A stretch of DNA of 64,000 bases, taken from contig SLJY01000109.1 of the NCBI GenBank assembly GCA_007134875.1, positions 6,555 through 70,554 on the forward strand, written 5' to 3'. The notes beneath the pieces were generated by a model that made no database searches, was not told the DNA's origin, and worked only from the letters and a program-made list of their open reading frames with translations. Below are positions 8,658 through 17,551 of this stretch, one piece after another. Every line of letters begins with the position of its first letter. Position 1 is the first letter of the stretch. This DNA comes from Desulfobacterales bacterium. Its GTDB lineage: Bacteria > Desulfobacterota > Desulfobacteria > Desulfobacterales > Desulfosalsimonadaceae. A program made the position numbers and the translations under genes.

Positions 8658-8954
8658 ATGGCAGACTTTGTGACGCCCGCCGGGGGAGACCCGGCTCCGA
8701 TTGCATCCACCCCCGGAGTCCAGGAGACGAGGCGTCCGGGGATCGGGGAAACCTTCGAAAACCTGCTCAATGAAACCGCGAGCAATCTCTCGGAGGCCGA
8801 CCAGCTGAGCCGGGAATCGGCGGCCGGCGGCCCGGTTGATCTCCACGATGTGATGATCGCAATGGAAAAAGCCGATATTTCGCTGAGATTGCTGGTCCAG
8901 GTGCGGAACAAGGCGCTCGACGCCTACCAGGAGATCATGCGGATGCAGGTGTAG
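8658..8954 (+). CDS. fliE: flagellar hook-basal body protein FliE
   Basis: 98 aa with C-terminal MIAMEKADISLRLLVQVRNKALDAYQEIMRMQV, placed between flgC and fliF. Confidence 0.9.
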   Translation: MADFVTPAGGDPAPIASTPGVQETRRPGIGETFENLLNETASNLSEADQLSRESAAGGPVDLHDVMIAMEKADISLRLLVQVRNKALDAYQEIMRMQV

Positions 8955-9019
8955 CGGACGTTCCGCTTTCCTTAGGATGCCGGAGAACCCGTAAACAATA
9001 AAGCCCCGGATGTGTATTT

Positions 9020-10552
9020 ATGGCGGAAGCATCGTATACCACTATCGTTGAAAACATCAAGCACTGGCCCCTTTCACGTAAAGCGGCCCTGGCGGCGACC
9101 ATCGCGCTCTCGGTTGCTCTTTTCGGGCTTATCATTTTCCAGACCGGGCGCGCCGATTATATGCCGCTTTACGTGGATCTGCCCCAGGAGGAAGCCTCTT
9201 CGGTCACTTCCTGGCTGCGGGAGGAAGGGGTGCCGTTCCAGCTTCGAAACGAAGGGCGTTCCATTCACGTGCCGGCGGCCATGGTCCATGAAACCCGCCT
9301 CAGCTTGGCCGGGGAAGGGCTGCCGAAGCAATCGGGGGTCGGGTTCGAGATATTCGACAAGCAGAATTTCGGGGTGACCCAGTTTACACAGAAGATCAAC
9401 TATCAGCGGGCCTTGCAGGGGGAGCTGGCCCGGACCATCGCGTCGCTGGATGCGGTAACCGGCGCCCGGGTGCATTTGGTCATGCCGGAAAACCGGCTTC
9501 TCCGGGAGCAGCAGGAACAGCCCAAGGCATCGGTGGTCGTGAACATGGCCCGGGGGCGAAGCCTGTCCGCCGGACAGACCCAGGGAATCATTCACCTGGT
9601 GTCCGGCAGTATCGAAGGCCTTGCCGACAGCCAGGTCACGGTGGTCGATTCCAACGGGCGGGTGCTCAGCCGCCAGAGCGGCGGCGAAGCCGGGCTTGCA
9701 ATGCTTCCGGACACCCTCAAGCACAAAAGCACGGTGGAAACCCGGCTGGAATCCCGGGCCCAATCCCTTCTCGACCGGGCGCTCGGCCCCGGCAATGCCG
9801 TGGTGCGGGTGACCGCGGATCTTGATTTCACACGCGAGGCCGTCACGTCGGAAGAGTTCGATCCGGACAGCCTCGTACCGAGAAGCGAGCAGGTGACATC
9901 GAGCGAATCCGGGGAGCGAACGGCCGGCGGCGTACCGGGGGTGGAGGCGAACCTGGGAGACGGGGCGGACGCGGTGCCGGGTTTCATCCCATCGAGCCGA
10001 AGCTCCGAGGTCACCAACTACGAGATCAGCAAGACCGTGCGGCAGATCAGCAACGAGGTGGGCGGTATCCGTAATTTGTCCGCGGCCGTGCTGGTGGCCG
10101 AGCCATTCGATGCGTCCGCGGCCGACGGCCAAGGGGCATACGTTCCCATGGCCCAGGATGAACTCGATGCTATCCAGCGGATGGTGGTCCATGCCATCGG
10201 TCTTGAGGCAGGCCGTGGCGACCGCATCGAGGTGACCTCCATGCCGTTTCAATCCGATATGATTCAGGTGGGCGCGGAGGAGCCCCCGGTGAATCTTCAC
10301 GATTTTCTTCCCTATATCCGATACCTGGTATTGCTCGTTTTTGCGCTGCTGCTCTATCTCGTGCTTCTGCGGCCGGTCATCAAAACGCTGCGGTCCGAGT
10401 CGGTCCGGTACAACCGAACCGTCTATGAACTGGAAGGCGAATACGAAGAGCGGCAAAAGGCCCTGGATCCGCCGGCCAAACTTCGCCATGAGCTGGCCGA
10501 AAGCCATGTGACGCCCACCCAGGTAATCCGGACATGGCTCAAGGAGGGGTAA
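9020..10552 (+). CDS. fliF: flagellar MS-ring protein FliF
   Basis: 510 aa with an N-terminal TM and a second TM near the C-terminus (LVLLVFALLLYLVLL). Has VHLVMPE and NYEISKT motifs and sits upstream of fliG. Confidence 0.9.
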   Translation: MAEASYTTIVENIKHWPLSRKAALAATIALSVALFGLIIFQTGRADYMPLYVDLPQEEASSVTSWLREEGVPFQLRNEGRSIHVPAAMVHETRLSLAGEGLPKQSGVGFEIFDKQNFGVTQFTQKINYQRALQGELARTIASLDAVTGARVHLVMPENRLLREQQEQPKASVVVNMARGRSLSAGQTQGIIHLVSGSIEGLADSQVTVVDSNGRVLSRQSGGEAGLAMLPDTLKHKSTVETRLESRAQSLLDRALGPGNAVVRVTADLDFTREAVTSEEFDPDSLVPRSEQVTSSESGERTAGGVPGVEANLGDGADAVPGFIPSSRSSEVTNYEISKTVRQISNEVGGIRNLSAAVLVAEPFDASAADGQGAYVPMAQDELDAIQRMVVHAIGLEAGRGDRIEVTSMPFQSDMIQVGAEEPPVNLHDFLPYIRYLVLLVFALLLYLVLLRPVIKTLRSESVRYNRTVYELEGEYEERQKALDPPAKLRHELAESHVTPTQVIRTWLKEG

Positions 10553-10556
10553 TGCC

Positions 10557-11567
10557 ATGAAGAAAGATTTTTCCAAGATGAACGGGGCGGAAAAGGCCGC
10601 ATACCTGCTTCTTTGTCTCGGGGAAGAGACCACGTCCCAGGTGTTCCGGGAGCTCAGCGACGAGGAGGTTCGATGGATCAGCAACTACATGCGGGGCGTG
10701 GAGCACGTTCCGGCGGATCTGGCGCGCCAGGTGGTGGATCATTTCCGGAGGACCCAGGAGGAGTATGCCGGGTTGTTCGTCAACGGCAGCGACTTCATGA
10801 ACAATGCGTTGACGTCCACCGGCGACAAGGCGCGGATCGAGTCGCTGCTCGAAGAGCTCAACTCCGAGTTCGACGGCAAGCCCCTTGAAACCATCTCCAT
10901 GATGGAGCCCCGCATGGTGGCCGATCTGCTCAAAAACGAGCATCCCCAGACCGTGGCGCTCATCCTGTCCACCCAGAAGGCCGAGCATACTAGCAATGTC
11001 CTGGGGTTTATGGAGGATGATTTCCGATCCGACGTGGTCTACCGGATCGCCCGGATCGAGAAGGTCTCCCCGGAGGTCATCCGGCAGATCGAGGATGCGC
11101 TTCAGCGGGAGATCGGCGGGTTCGTCAAGAAGGATCAGCACCACGTGGGCGGCCTGGACAAGGTTGTCGAGATTTTGACCCGCATGGAGCGGCGCATGGA
11201 GCAGAATATCCTGGCAGGCATCGAGGAGGTGGATGCCGAGACCGCGGAAAAGATCAGAAACCTGCTGGTCACCTTTGAGGACATGGTCGAGATCGACAAC
11301 CGGGGCATGCAGAAGATCCTGCGGGAAGTGAAAAACGAAACCCTTACCCTGGCCCTCAAGACCGCGCCGGAAACGATTCGGGACAAGATTTTCCAGAATA
11401 TCAGCGAGCGGGCGGCGGATATGATCATGGAGGACCTCGAGGCTTTGGGTCCGGTTCGTCTATCGGACGTGGAAAAAGCCCAGCAGAGCATCGTCAAGAT
11501 CGCGCTTCGCCTGGAAGAGGAAGGGCAGGTGGTCATGCCCAAGGGCAGCCAGGATACACTGGTATAG
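10557..11567 (+). CDS. fliG: flagellar motor switch protein FliG
   Basis: 336 aa with EKAAYLLLCLGEE, LVTFEDMVEID and C-terminal VRLSDVEKAQQSIVKIALRLEEEGQV. Confidence 0.92.
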   Translation: MKKDFSKMNGAEKAAYLLLCLGEETTSQVFRELSDEEVRWISNYMRGVEHVPADLARQVVDHFRRTQEEYAGLFVNGSDFMNNALTSTGDKARIESLLEELNSEFDGKPLETISMMEPRMVADLLKNEHPQTVALILSTQKAEHTSNVLGFMEDDFRSDVVYRIARIEKVSPEVIRQIEDALQREIGGFVKKDQHHVGGLDKVVEILTRMERRMEQNILAGIEEVDAETAEKIRNLLVTFEDMVEIDNRGMQKILREVKNETLTLALKTAPETIRDKIFQNISERAADMIMEDLEALGPVRLSDVEKAQQSIVKIALRLEEEGQVVMPKGSQDTLV

Positions 11568-11582
11568 CACCGTAACGGCAGA

Positions 11583-11764
11583 AAATATCGACGTTACGCG
11601 GAAAAGTCTCAACCCGGCGGCTTTGTAAAAAGTTCAAGATCAAGGTTTGCGCGATTTCGAAGGATGCAGCGTACCTGGCTTACGTGTATGTTTACAAGGC
11701 GTAAGCCGCAAATTCTGAGAAATCGGGCGCAGGCGCAGGTGTTGGACTTTTTACGAAGCCGTCA
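11583..11764. repeat. MITE-like palindromic repeat (partial fragment plus one full ~144-nt copy) in the fliG-fliH spacer
   Basis: Terminal inverted repeats CGGCTTTGTAAAAAGTTC ... GGACTTTTTACGAAGCCG. Homologous copies lie at 21318, 43659, 47818, 48035, 52991 and 57217. Confidence 0.85.
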
Positions 11765-11782
11765 GTCTTAGAGGAGAAAACG

Positions 11783-12649
11783 TTGCCTGTTATATACCCC
11801 GCTGGAAGCGATATTTCGTTTAAAACCGTCGGATTCAACGACCTGGAAGCCATCTCCGGGAAAAACGATTCGTTTTTCGTGGCCAGGGCGCCGGTGGGGC
11901 AGAGCGGGCCGGGTTCCGCCGCCGGCGCCGGAACCATGGAAAAGGCCGCTCCGGAGGCCGGGGCACCCGGAAAAGAAACCGCAGCCCCCCCCGCGGCGGG
12001 GCGCAAAAATCAGGTTACGTCAAAACGGCAGGGTGCGAAGGAGACGACCCCCTCCCGGGAAACCACTGCGCCGGAGATCGACCTGGAAGCCGCAAAAGAA
12101 GAGGCCTACGCCAAGGGGAAAAAGGAAGGCCGCGCGGAGGCGGAAAAAAAATTTCAAAGCGCCGCCCGGTCCCTGGCCGCCGCCCTTGAGGAGGTAAGCA
12201 GCCTGCGGGCGTCCGTGCTCGAAAAGAGCCGGGAGGATATGCTCCGGCTCGTCATGGCCGTGGCCCGCCAGGTGATCCGGACGGAAGCGCGGGAAAACCG
12301 GGAGGTGATTGCAAAAACCATTGCTCGCGCGCTGGAAGCAGCGGTTTCCTCGGAGGAGTACTACGTGCGGATCCATCCGGCGGATATGGAGGCGGTCCTG
12401 GAGAACAAGCCGCTTTTTCTGGCGTCCATGAAAGGGCTGCAAAACATCCATTTCACGCCGGACGAATCGGTTTCCCGGGGCGGGGCCGCGGCCGAGTCCA
12501 GGGCGGGCGACGTCGACGCCACCATCGAAAGCCAGTTGGAAACGATTTACGAACATCTGCGCTATGAGATCATTAGGTCCGGCGGCGGAGCCGGTGGCGA
12601 GTCGCGCGGTGCGGAAGCAGACCGGAAAGAAGGTGGCGGAGATGGTTGA
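11783..12649 (+). CDS. fliH: flagellar export apparatus protein FliH
   Basis: TTG start preceded by GAGGAG. Has a charged coiled segment EEAYAKGKKEGRAEAEKKF, sits between fliG and fliI, and overlaps the fliI start by 8 nt. Confidence 0.75.
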   Translation: MPVIYPAGSDISFKTVGFNDLEAISGKNDSFFVARAPVGQSGPGSAAGAGTMEKAAPEAGAPGKETAAPPAAGRKNQVTSKRQGAKETTPSRETTAPEIDLEAAKEEAYAKGKKEGRAEAEKKFQSAARSLAAALEEVSSLRASVLEKSREDMLRLVMAVARQVIRTEARENREVIAKTIARALEAAVSSEEYYVRIHPADMEAVLENKPLFLASMKGLQNIHFTPDESVSRGGAAAESRAGDVDATIESQLETIYEHLRYEIIRSGGGAGGESRGAEADRKEGGGDG

Positions 12650-13958
12650 TGCGGCCATTTCTTCCCTGGGCAAGGTCGATACCCTTCGGGTGCGGGGCAA
12701 GGTGACCAAGATCGTGGGCCTTGTGATCGAGGGATACTGTCCCGGCGCAACCCTGGGCTCGCTTTGCGAGATTGCCTCCCTGGACGGAAGGCACTTGATC
12801 CTGGCCGAGGTGGTCGGTTTCCGGGATGCCGTATCCCTTTTGATGCCGCTGGGCGAAATGCACGGCATGGGTGCCGGCAGCCTGATCCGGGTTCTGGATG
12901 TCAACTCCCAGGTTGCGGTGGGCGACGGCCTTTTGGGCCGGGTCGTGGATGCCATGGGCGATCCCGCGGACGGCGCCGGGCCGGTGAACTGCACGGAAAA
13001 ACGCGAGCTCTACAGCCTGCCGCCGGGTCCCATGGAGCGAAAGCCGATCAGGGAAATCCTCGATCTGGGCGTCCGCTCTATCAACGGGCTTATCACGTGC
13101 GGTACCGGCCAGCGCATGGGGATCATGGCCGGCTCCGGCGTGGGCAAGAGCGTTTTGCTGGGAATGATGGCCAAAAATACCCGGGCCGATGTCAATGTCA
13201 TCGCCCTGATCGGCGAGCGGGGACGGGAGGTGCGTGAGTTTATCGAAGACGACCTCGGCCCCGAGGGGCTTTCGCGCTCCGTGGTAGTAACAGCCACCTC
13301 GGACCAGTCCCCCCTTATGCGCATGAGAGGTGCGTTTAGCGCCATGGCCGTTGCGGAATATTTCTGCGCCAAGGGAAAAAACGTGCTGCTGCTTATGGAT
13401 TCGGTCACGCGTTTTGCCATGGCCATTCGCGAAATCGGCCTGGCCGTGGGCGAACCGCCCACCACCCGGGGATATACGCCTTCGGTGTTTTCCAAGCTTC
13501 CCAAGCTTCTGGAGCGGGCCGGCAGTTTTACGGGTATGGGAAGCATCACGGGGCTTTTTACCGTGCTGGTGGAAGGCGACGATATGAACGAACCGGTGGC
13601 CGACGCCGTCCGGTCAATTCTGGACGGCCATATCGTTCTTTCCCGCGAAATCGCCGCCAAAAATCATTTTCCGGCCATCGACGTGCTGCATTCCGCAAGC
13701 CGCGTCATGGGACGCCTTGCGGATGCGGAGCACGCCGAAACGGCCGGCTGCATCCGGAACCTGCTGGCGGAGTACGCCCGCCAGGAGGATTTGATCAACA
13801 TCGGTGCATACAAGCACGGCTCCAATCCGAATCTCGACATGGCCATCCGGCATATGGACGACATCAATGCGTTTCTGCGCCAGGACCTCTCCGAGAAGGC
13901 CGGCCTGGAAGACTCGCTGGCACAAATGAAGCATATTTTTGGAAACGGGAAACAATGA
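12642..13958 (+). CDS. fliI: flagellum-specific ATPase FliI
   Basis: ORF 12564..13958, with the start moved to ATG 12642 (MVDAAISSLGK). Walker A GSGVGKSVLLGM and Walker B LLLMDSVTRFA. Confidence 0.92.
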   Translation: MVDAAISSLGKVDTLRVRGKVTKIVGLVIEGYCPGATLGSLCEIASLDGRHLILAEVVGFRDAVSLLMPLGEMHGMGAGSLIRVLDVNSQVAVGDGLLGRVVDAMGDPADGAGPVNCTEKRELYSLPPGPMERKPIREILDLGVRSINGLITCGTGQRMGIMAGSGVGKSVLLGMMAKNTRADVNVIALIGERGREVREFIEDDLGPEGLSRSVVVTATSDQSPLMRMRGAFSAMAVAEYFCAKGKNVLLLMDSVTRFAMAIREIGLAVGEPPTTRGYTPSVFSKLPKLLERAGSFTGMGSITGLFTVLVEGDDMNEPVADAVRSILDGHIVLSREIAAKNHFPAIDVLHSASRVMGRLADAEHAETAGCIRNLLAEYARQEDLINIGAYKHGSNPNLDMAIRHMDDINAFLRQDLSEKAGLEDSLAQMKHIFGNGKQ

Positions 13959-14395
13959 AGCCATTTACGCTCGATGCGGTACTCGATTACCGGAAAAGAA
14001 CGGAAGAAGAGATCCAAATGGAAATGGTGTCGATCCAAAAGTCCAAAGACGCACTGGTTTTGGAAAAGAAAAACGAGGAAAAGGAACTTGCCCGGCTCAT
14101 CGATGAAATGGGCGCCGCCAAGTGCCGGGATATCGTGGTTTCCGATCTGATCCTCTACGAAGCCTGCATTCGCCGGAAGAAGCGGGATGTCATCGATATC
14201 GGAAAGAAAATCGGCGAGGTTGACGCAAGAATCCGGCGGCAGGAGAAAAAGCTTGTCAAGGCGCGCCAGGACAGGCGGGCCCTGGAAATTGTCCGGGACA
14301 ACAGGGAAAATGAGGAAAAACAGCGGCGGAAACAGGTCGAAGACCGGTTTCTCGACGAGGTGGGGGTGTTGCGTTTCGGAGGGGGTAAACAATGA
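13955..14395 (+). CDS. fliJ: flagellar export chaperone-like protein FliJ
   Basis: 146-aa charged coiled-coil protein with an ATGA overlap with fliI; call rests on position. Confidence 0.7.
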   Translation: MKPFTLDAVLDYRKRTEEEIQMEMVSIQKSKDALVLEKKNEEKELARLIDEMGAAKCRDIVVSDLILYEACIRRKKRDVIDIGKKIGEVDARIRRQEKKLVKARQDRRALEIVRDNRENEEKQRRKQVEDRFLDEVGVLRFGGGKQ

Positions 14396-14910
14396 AAAGA
14401 CAAAAAACGGCCGTGTGGCTGATTGTTATGGTGATGGTTTTCGGGCTGAGCCTTGTTGGCGGAAGGAATGCGGGCGCCGAAGAGATGCGTGTGATCTTCG
14501 AGTGCGAGGATATCGGTGTTGAGGCCCGCCGGCTTCTGGACAATCTCCGGGCGGAGCAGGAGCGGTTCCGGGAGAAGGCGGAAAGGATCGACAAGCGCGA
14601 GGAAGCGCTAAAGATCCTGGAGGCCGAAGTCGATAAGAAGCTTGACCGGCTGGAAGAGACCCGGGCGGAGCTCGAGGCGCTTCTGGCGGATAAGGACGAG
14701 GAGGAAAACGAAATGGTACGAAGGCTTGGCAGGATATACCAGAGAAGGGACCCGGCGGCCGCCGCGGTCTCCCTGTCGCGGATGGACCAGGACCTGGCCG
14801 TTTCGATTCTCGCGGTTATGCGCGACAAGTTCGCGGGCGAGATCCTCGACAACATGGAAGAAGAAATCGCCGTGGTCTACTCCACGGCCCTGGGCCGCCT
14901 GAAAAGATAA
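14392..14910 (+). CDS. MotE/FlbB-like flagellar protein (membrane anchor + charged coiled coil)
   Basis: 172 aa with N-terminal TM VWLIVMVMVFGLSLVGG, a Glu/Arg-rich coil and a C-terminal MgtE_N-like segment. Its start overlaps the fliJ stop. Confidence 0.5.
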   Translation: MKRQKTAVWLIVMVMVFGLSLVGGRNAGAEEMRVIFECEDIGVEARRLLDNLRAEQERFREKAERIDKREEALKILEAEVDKKLDRLEETRAELEALLADKDEEENEMVRRLGRIYQRRDPAAAAVSLSRMDQDLAVSILAVMRDKFAGEILDNMEEEIAVVYSTALGRLKR

Positions 14911-14979
14911 GTCTTTATAAAATATGATGAGCAGGCCGGTCCCACAATCAGATCACCTTTTTTCGCAGGAAACAAGAGC

Positions 14980-16719
14980 ATGATGTTTTCATTTCCAGCA
15001 ATTCCGGAAGCGGATTTCGAAGCTTTCACAAACGGCAAGGACCCTCGGGGCGTCAGGCATGCAGGCGGCCATGAGGGCTCAGGAAAAGACGGCCTGTTCG
15101 AAACCGATGCAGATGCAGGCGCGGCGTTCGCGAGACTGCTCGAAGGCGCCTTGGCATGCGAAGACGGCGATACGGAAGTCTTGCGCCGGATCGTGTCAAC
15201 CAGCCATGAGGCCGGGGTGGATCCCGCGGATCTCGGGAAATTGTTTCAGGTGTTGGAATCGTTCGGCCCCATGCACGCTGATGGCGTATTTGCCGGGGGT
15301 GCTTCTGCATCTGACACCGGCGCGCCGGAGGCTCTTTCGGACGTGTCGGAGCGGCTCGGACGTATTCTTGCCGGGTTGGCAGCCGGGAGCGCGAAAACCG
15401 GCACACCGGGTATGCAGGCGTCTCCCGGTGCACCGTTCTTCGATCATGCGCAGCGAGACATGGCATCGGAACATTCGGGTCGGCCGGGGGTTCACGCTGA
15501 GGGCGCCGATGCGGCGCTTGCACGGATTGTCTCCGCATTTTCGCATAATGCGGTCGAAGGGCAGACTGTGGAGCGCTATGCAGCGAAGGCGGCCGATCTT
15601 GTAGACGAAGGACGCACAGGAGACGGATCGGCTGTGAAGAAAGCGGAATTCGGCGAGGGCGTCGATGCGGCGTTTGCCAGGATTGTCTCCGCATTTTCGC
15701 GTAATGCGGTCGAAGGGCAGACTGTGGAGCGCTATGCAGCGAAGGCGGCGGATCTTGTAGACGAAGGACGCACAGGGGACGGATCGGCTGTGAAGAAAGC
15801 GGAATTCGGCGGCGGGTCTGGACGCCGGGAAGAGGCACGGGTCCGGTTGCCGGAAATGTCCGATGAGGGCAATGAAAAATCAGCCGCTCGTTTCGGAAAG
15901 GAATCGCAGAAAATGCGGGCGTACCTGGACTCCCTGGCCGAGCAGCTGACAGCGGGCGGCAAAAAAGGGCCGGATGGGCGAACGGGGTTGAAAATGACCG
16001 GTTTCAGGGACGGGATTGCCGCGTCCCTGCAGCAAGCCGGTGAATCAACACGGGCACAAAACGTTTCGGGGTCTCAGGCCAACATGGCCGTGGCCCCGAT
16101 GACCGGATCGATGTCCGGACCGATGCCTGCCATGGGGGCGGAAATGTCGGGGTTTGGCGGAGACGGAAGCTTTCAGGGCGACATGGCGGAGTCTTCCGGC
16201 GGCAGGGGGGGGGCGGCTGCACAGGATGCCGGAAACCCAGGCGCCTCTTCCATGGCGGCTTTTGACAAGCACCTTCAGTCCCCGGCGCAGGCATTGGAAA
16301 ACCGCGTGATGGGACAGGTTTTCATGCGGTTGTTTACCGGCGCGGGCCGGGGAACGTCTTCCATGACAGTCAATATCCATCCCCCGGAAATGGGATCGAT
16401 CCGGGTCCGCATCGTATCGGAACACGGGCGGATGAGCGTTCATCTTAACGCCCAGACCCAGCAGGCGGCGGGCATCCTGGAGAGAAACCTGCCGGCGCTG
16501 CACCAGTCGTTGGCAGACCAGGGAATCGATATCGATGATCTCCACGTGAGCGTTGAGTCGGAAGGGCGGGAAGGCGCCGGGTTCGAAGATCGAGCATTTG
16601 CGGGCCGGCCGGCCGGGAATCCGACTTCCGGATCCGATACGGAAACGGAGGCGCTGTCAACGGACCCAACCCTGGAGCCGGGGTATGAAGAGGGCCGCGG
16701 CTTGAGCCTGCGGGTATAA
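14980..16719 (+). CDS. fliK: flagellar hook-length control protein FliK
   Basis: 579 aa, Ala/Gly-rich and low-complexity, with a C-terminal Flg_hook-like domain (MTVNIHPPEMGSIRVRIVSEHGRMSVHLNAQTQQAAGILERNLPALHQSL). Lies before flgD. Confidence 0.8.
   Translation: MMFSFPAIPEADFEAFTNGKDPRGVRHAGGHEGSGKDGLFETDADAGAAFARLLEGALACEDGDTEVLRRIVSTSHEAGVDPADLGKLFQVLESFGPMHADGVFAGGASASDTGAPEALSDVSERLGRILAGLAAGSAKTGTPGMQASPGAPFFDHAQRDMASEHSGRPGVHAEGADAALARIVSAFSHNAVEGQTVERYAAKAADLVDEGRTGDGSAVKKAEFGEGVDAAFARIVSAFSRNAVEGQTVERYAAKAADLVDEGRTGDGSAVKKAEFGGGSGRREEARVRLPEMSDEGNEKSAARFGKESQKMRAYLDSLAEQLTAGGKKGPDGRTGLKMTGFRDGIAASLQQAGESTRAQNVSGSQANMAVAPMTGSMSGPMPAMGAEMSGFGGDGSFQGDMAESSGGRGGAAAQDAGNPGASSMAAFDKHLQSPAQALENRVMGQVFMRLFTGAGRGTSSMTVNIHPPEMGSIRVRIVSEHGRMSVHLNAQTQQAAGILERNLPALHQSLADQGIDIDDLHVSVESEGREGAGFEDRAFAGRPAGNPTSGSDTETEALSTDPTLEPGYEEGRGLSLRV
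15508..15812 (+). repeat. tandem 156-bp (52-codon) duplication inside fliK
   Basis: Units 15508-15663 and 15664-~15812 differ at about 6 positions. The protein repeat is DAA(L/F)ARIVSAFS(H/R)NAVEGQTVERYAAKAADLVDEGRTGDGSAVKKAEFG. Confidence 0.9.
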
Positions 16720-16738
16720 GACAACAGGAGCATAAGCG

Positions 16739-17395
16739 ATGAATGCAATCGAATCACTTTACGGTTTTGAACAAATGACAGGCGGATCATCCGGAAAACC
16801 CGCCCAGGAATTGGGCAAGGAGGATTTCCTGAACCTCCTGGTCGCACAGCTCAGAAACCAGGATCCCCTGAACCCGTCGGATCCGACGGAGTTTACGGCG
16901 CAGCTCGCCCAGTTCACCTCGCTGGAGCAGCTCTATAACATCAACGACAATTTGAAGGCCGTCGATACCCTGTCCGGTGAATTCGGCCGCATGTCGGCGC
17001 TGTCTCTTATCGACCGGAATGTGGTCGTAGGCGGCAACGCGTTCCGGATGGATGAGGACGGTGCGAACCTGGGCTTTGATTTCGCTGACCCGGTCGAATC
17101 CGTCACCCTGTATATCCGGACGGATGACGGCCGGAGCGTGGCGCAGATGCAAGTACCCGGCCCGTTATCCGGCGAGCAGTGGGCTGAATGGGACGGGGCG
17201 GATGCAAACGGAATGCCGCTTCCTTCGGGGAATTACACGTTTTCAGCCGTTGGAAAGACCCGTGAAGGCGATGAAGTCCAGGGGCGTTCCCTGGTGGAAT
17301 CCAGGATCACGGGGGCCGATTTTTCGGATTCCACGGAGAAGCTGCTGACAGATAACGGCGACATACGCATCAAGGATATTACCCGGGTCAGATAG
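16739..17395 (+). CDS. flgD: flagellar hook capping/assembly protein FlgD
   Basis: 218 aa with DFLNLLVAQLRNQDPLNP and TAQLAQFTSLEQ motifs. Confidence 0.9.
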   Translation: MNAIESLYGFEQMTGGSSGKPAQELGKEDFLNLLVAQLRNQDPLNPSDPTEFTAQLAQFTSLEQLYNINDNLKAVDTLSGEFGRMSALSLIDRNVVVGGNAFRMDEDGANLGFDFADPVESVTLYIRTDDGRSVAQMQVPGPLSGEQWAEWDGADANGMPLPSGNYTFSAVGKTREGDEVQGRSLVESRITGADFSDSTEKLLTDNGDIRIKDITRVR

Positions 17396-17448
17396 CTTCG
17401 GATTTGTCCGGCAATCGGGTCGGGCAGTCTGTCCGTCGGCGGCGGCGG

Positions 17449-17466
17449 ATGTCAAAATTCCGACAT
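17449..17466. promoter_or_regulatory. palindromic box ATGTCAAAATTCCGACAT (GTC-N8-GAC)
   Basis: Matches the box at 5032-5049 at 17 of 18 positions, 86 nt upstream of the flgE ATG. Confidence 0.35.
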
Positions 17467-17551
17467 GAAATGACAGGTATTAAGGGCCGGAAGGCCGGCA
17501 GCAATAACCCGCAAGAAAAACCGCATCATATAAGAAAGCAGGAGAGAGATC

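Noticed and set aside
9074-10684. 536-aa ORF on the minus strand antisense to fliF/fliG. Similar long antisense or out-of-frame ORFs include 735..1283, 1314..2060, 5912..7171, 12020..12994, 23117..24016, 23192..24247, 25674..26651, 34233..35573, 36579..37640, 39200..40243, 41014..42006, 45000..45989, 46754..47698, 60090..61217 and 62077..62982.
   Set aside because: They fully overlap genes with unmistakable conserved motifs. Their products are Arg/Pro/Gly-rich and low-complexity, as is typical of stop-poor alternative frames in high-GC DNA, and none has a recognisable motif.
17486-17503. CCGGAAGGCCGGCAGCAA as a sigma-54 promoter for flgE.
   Set aside because: Only the GG and GC dinucleotides match. 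It is part of a GGCCGG-aa-GGCCGG hairpin and lies just 20 nt from the putative upstream box.
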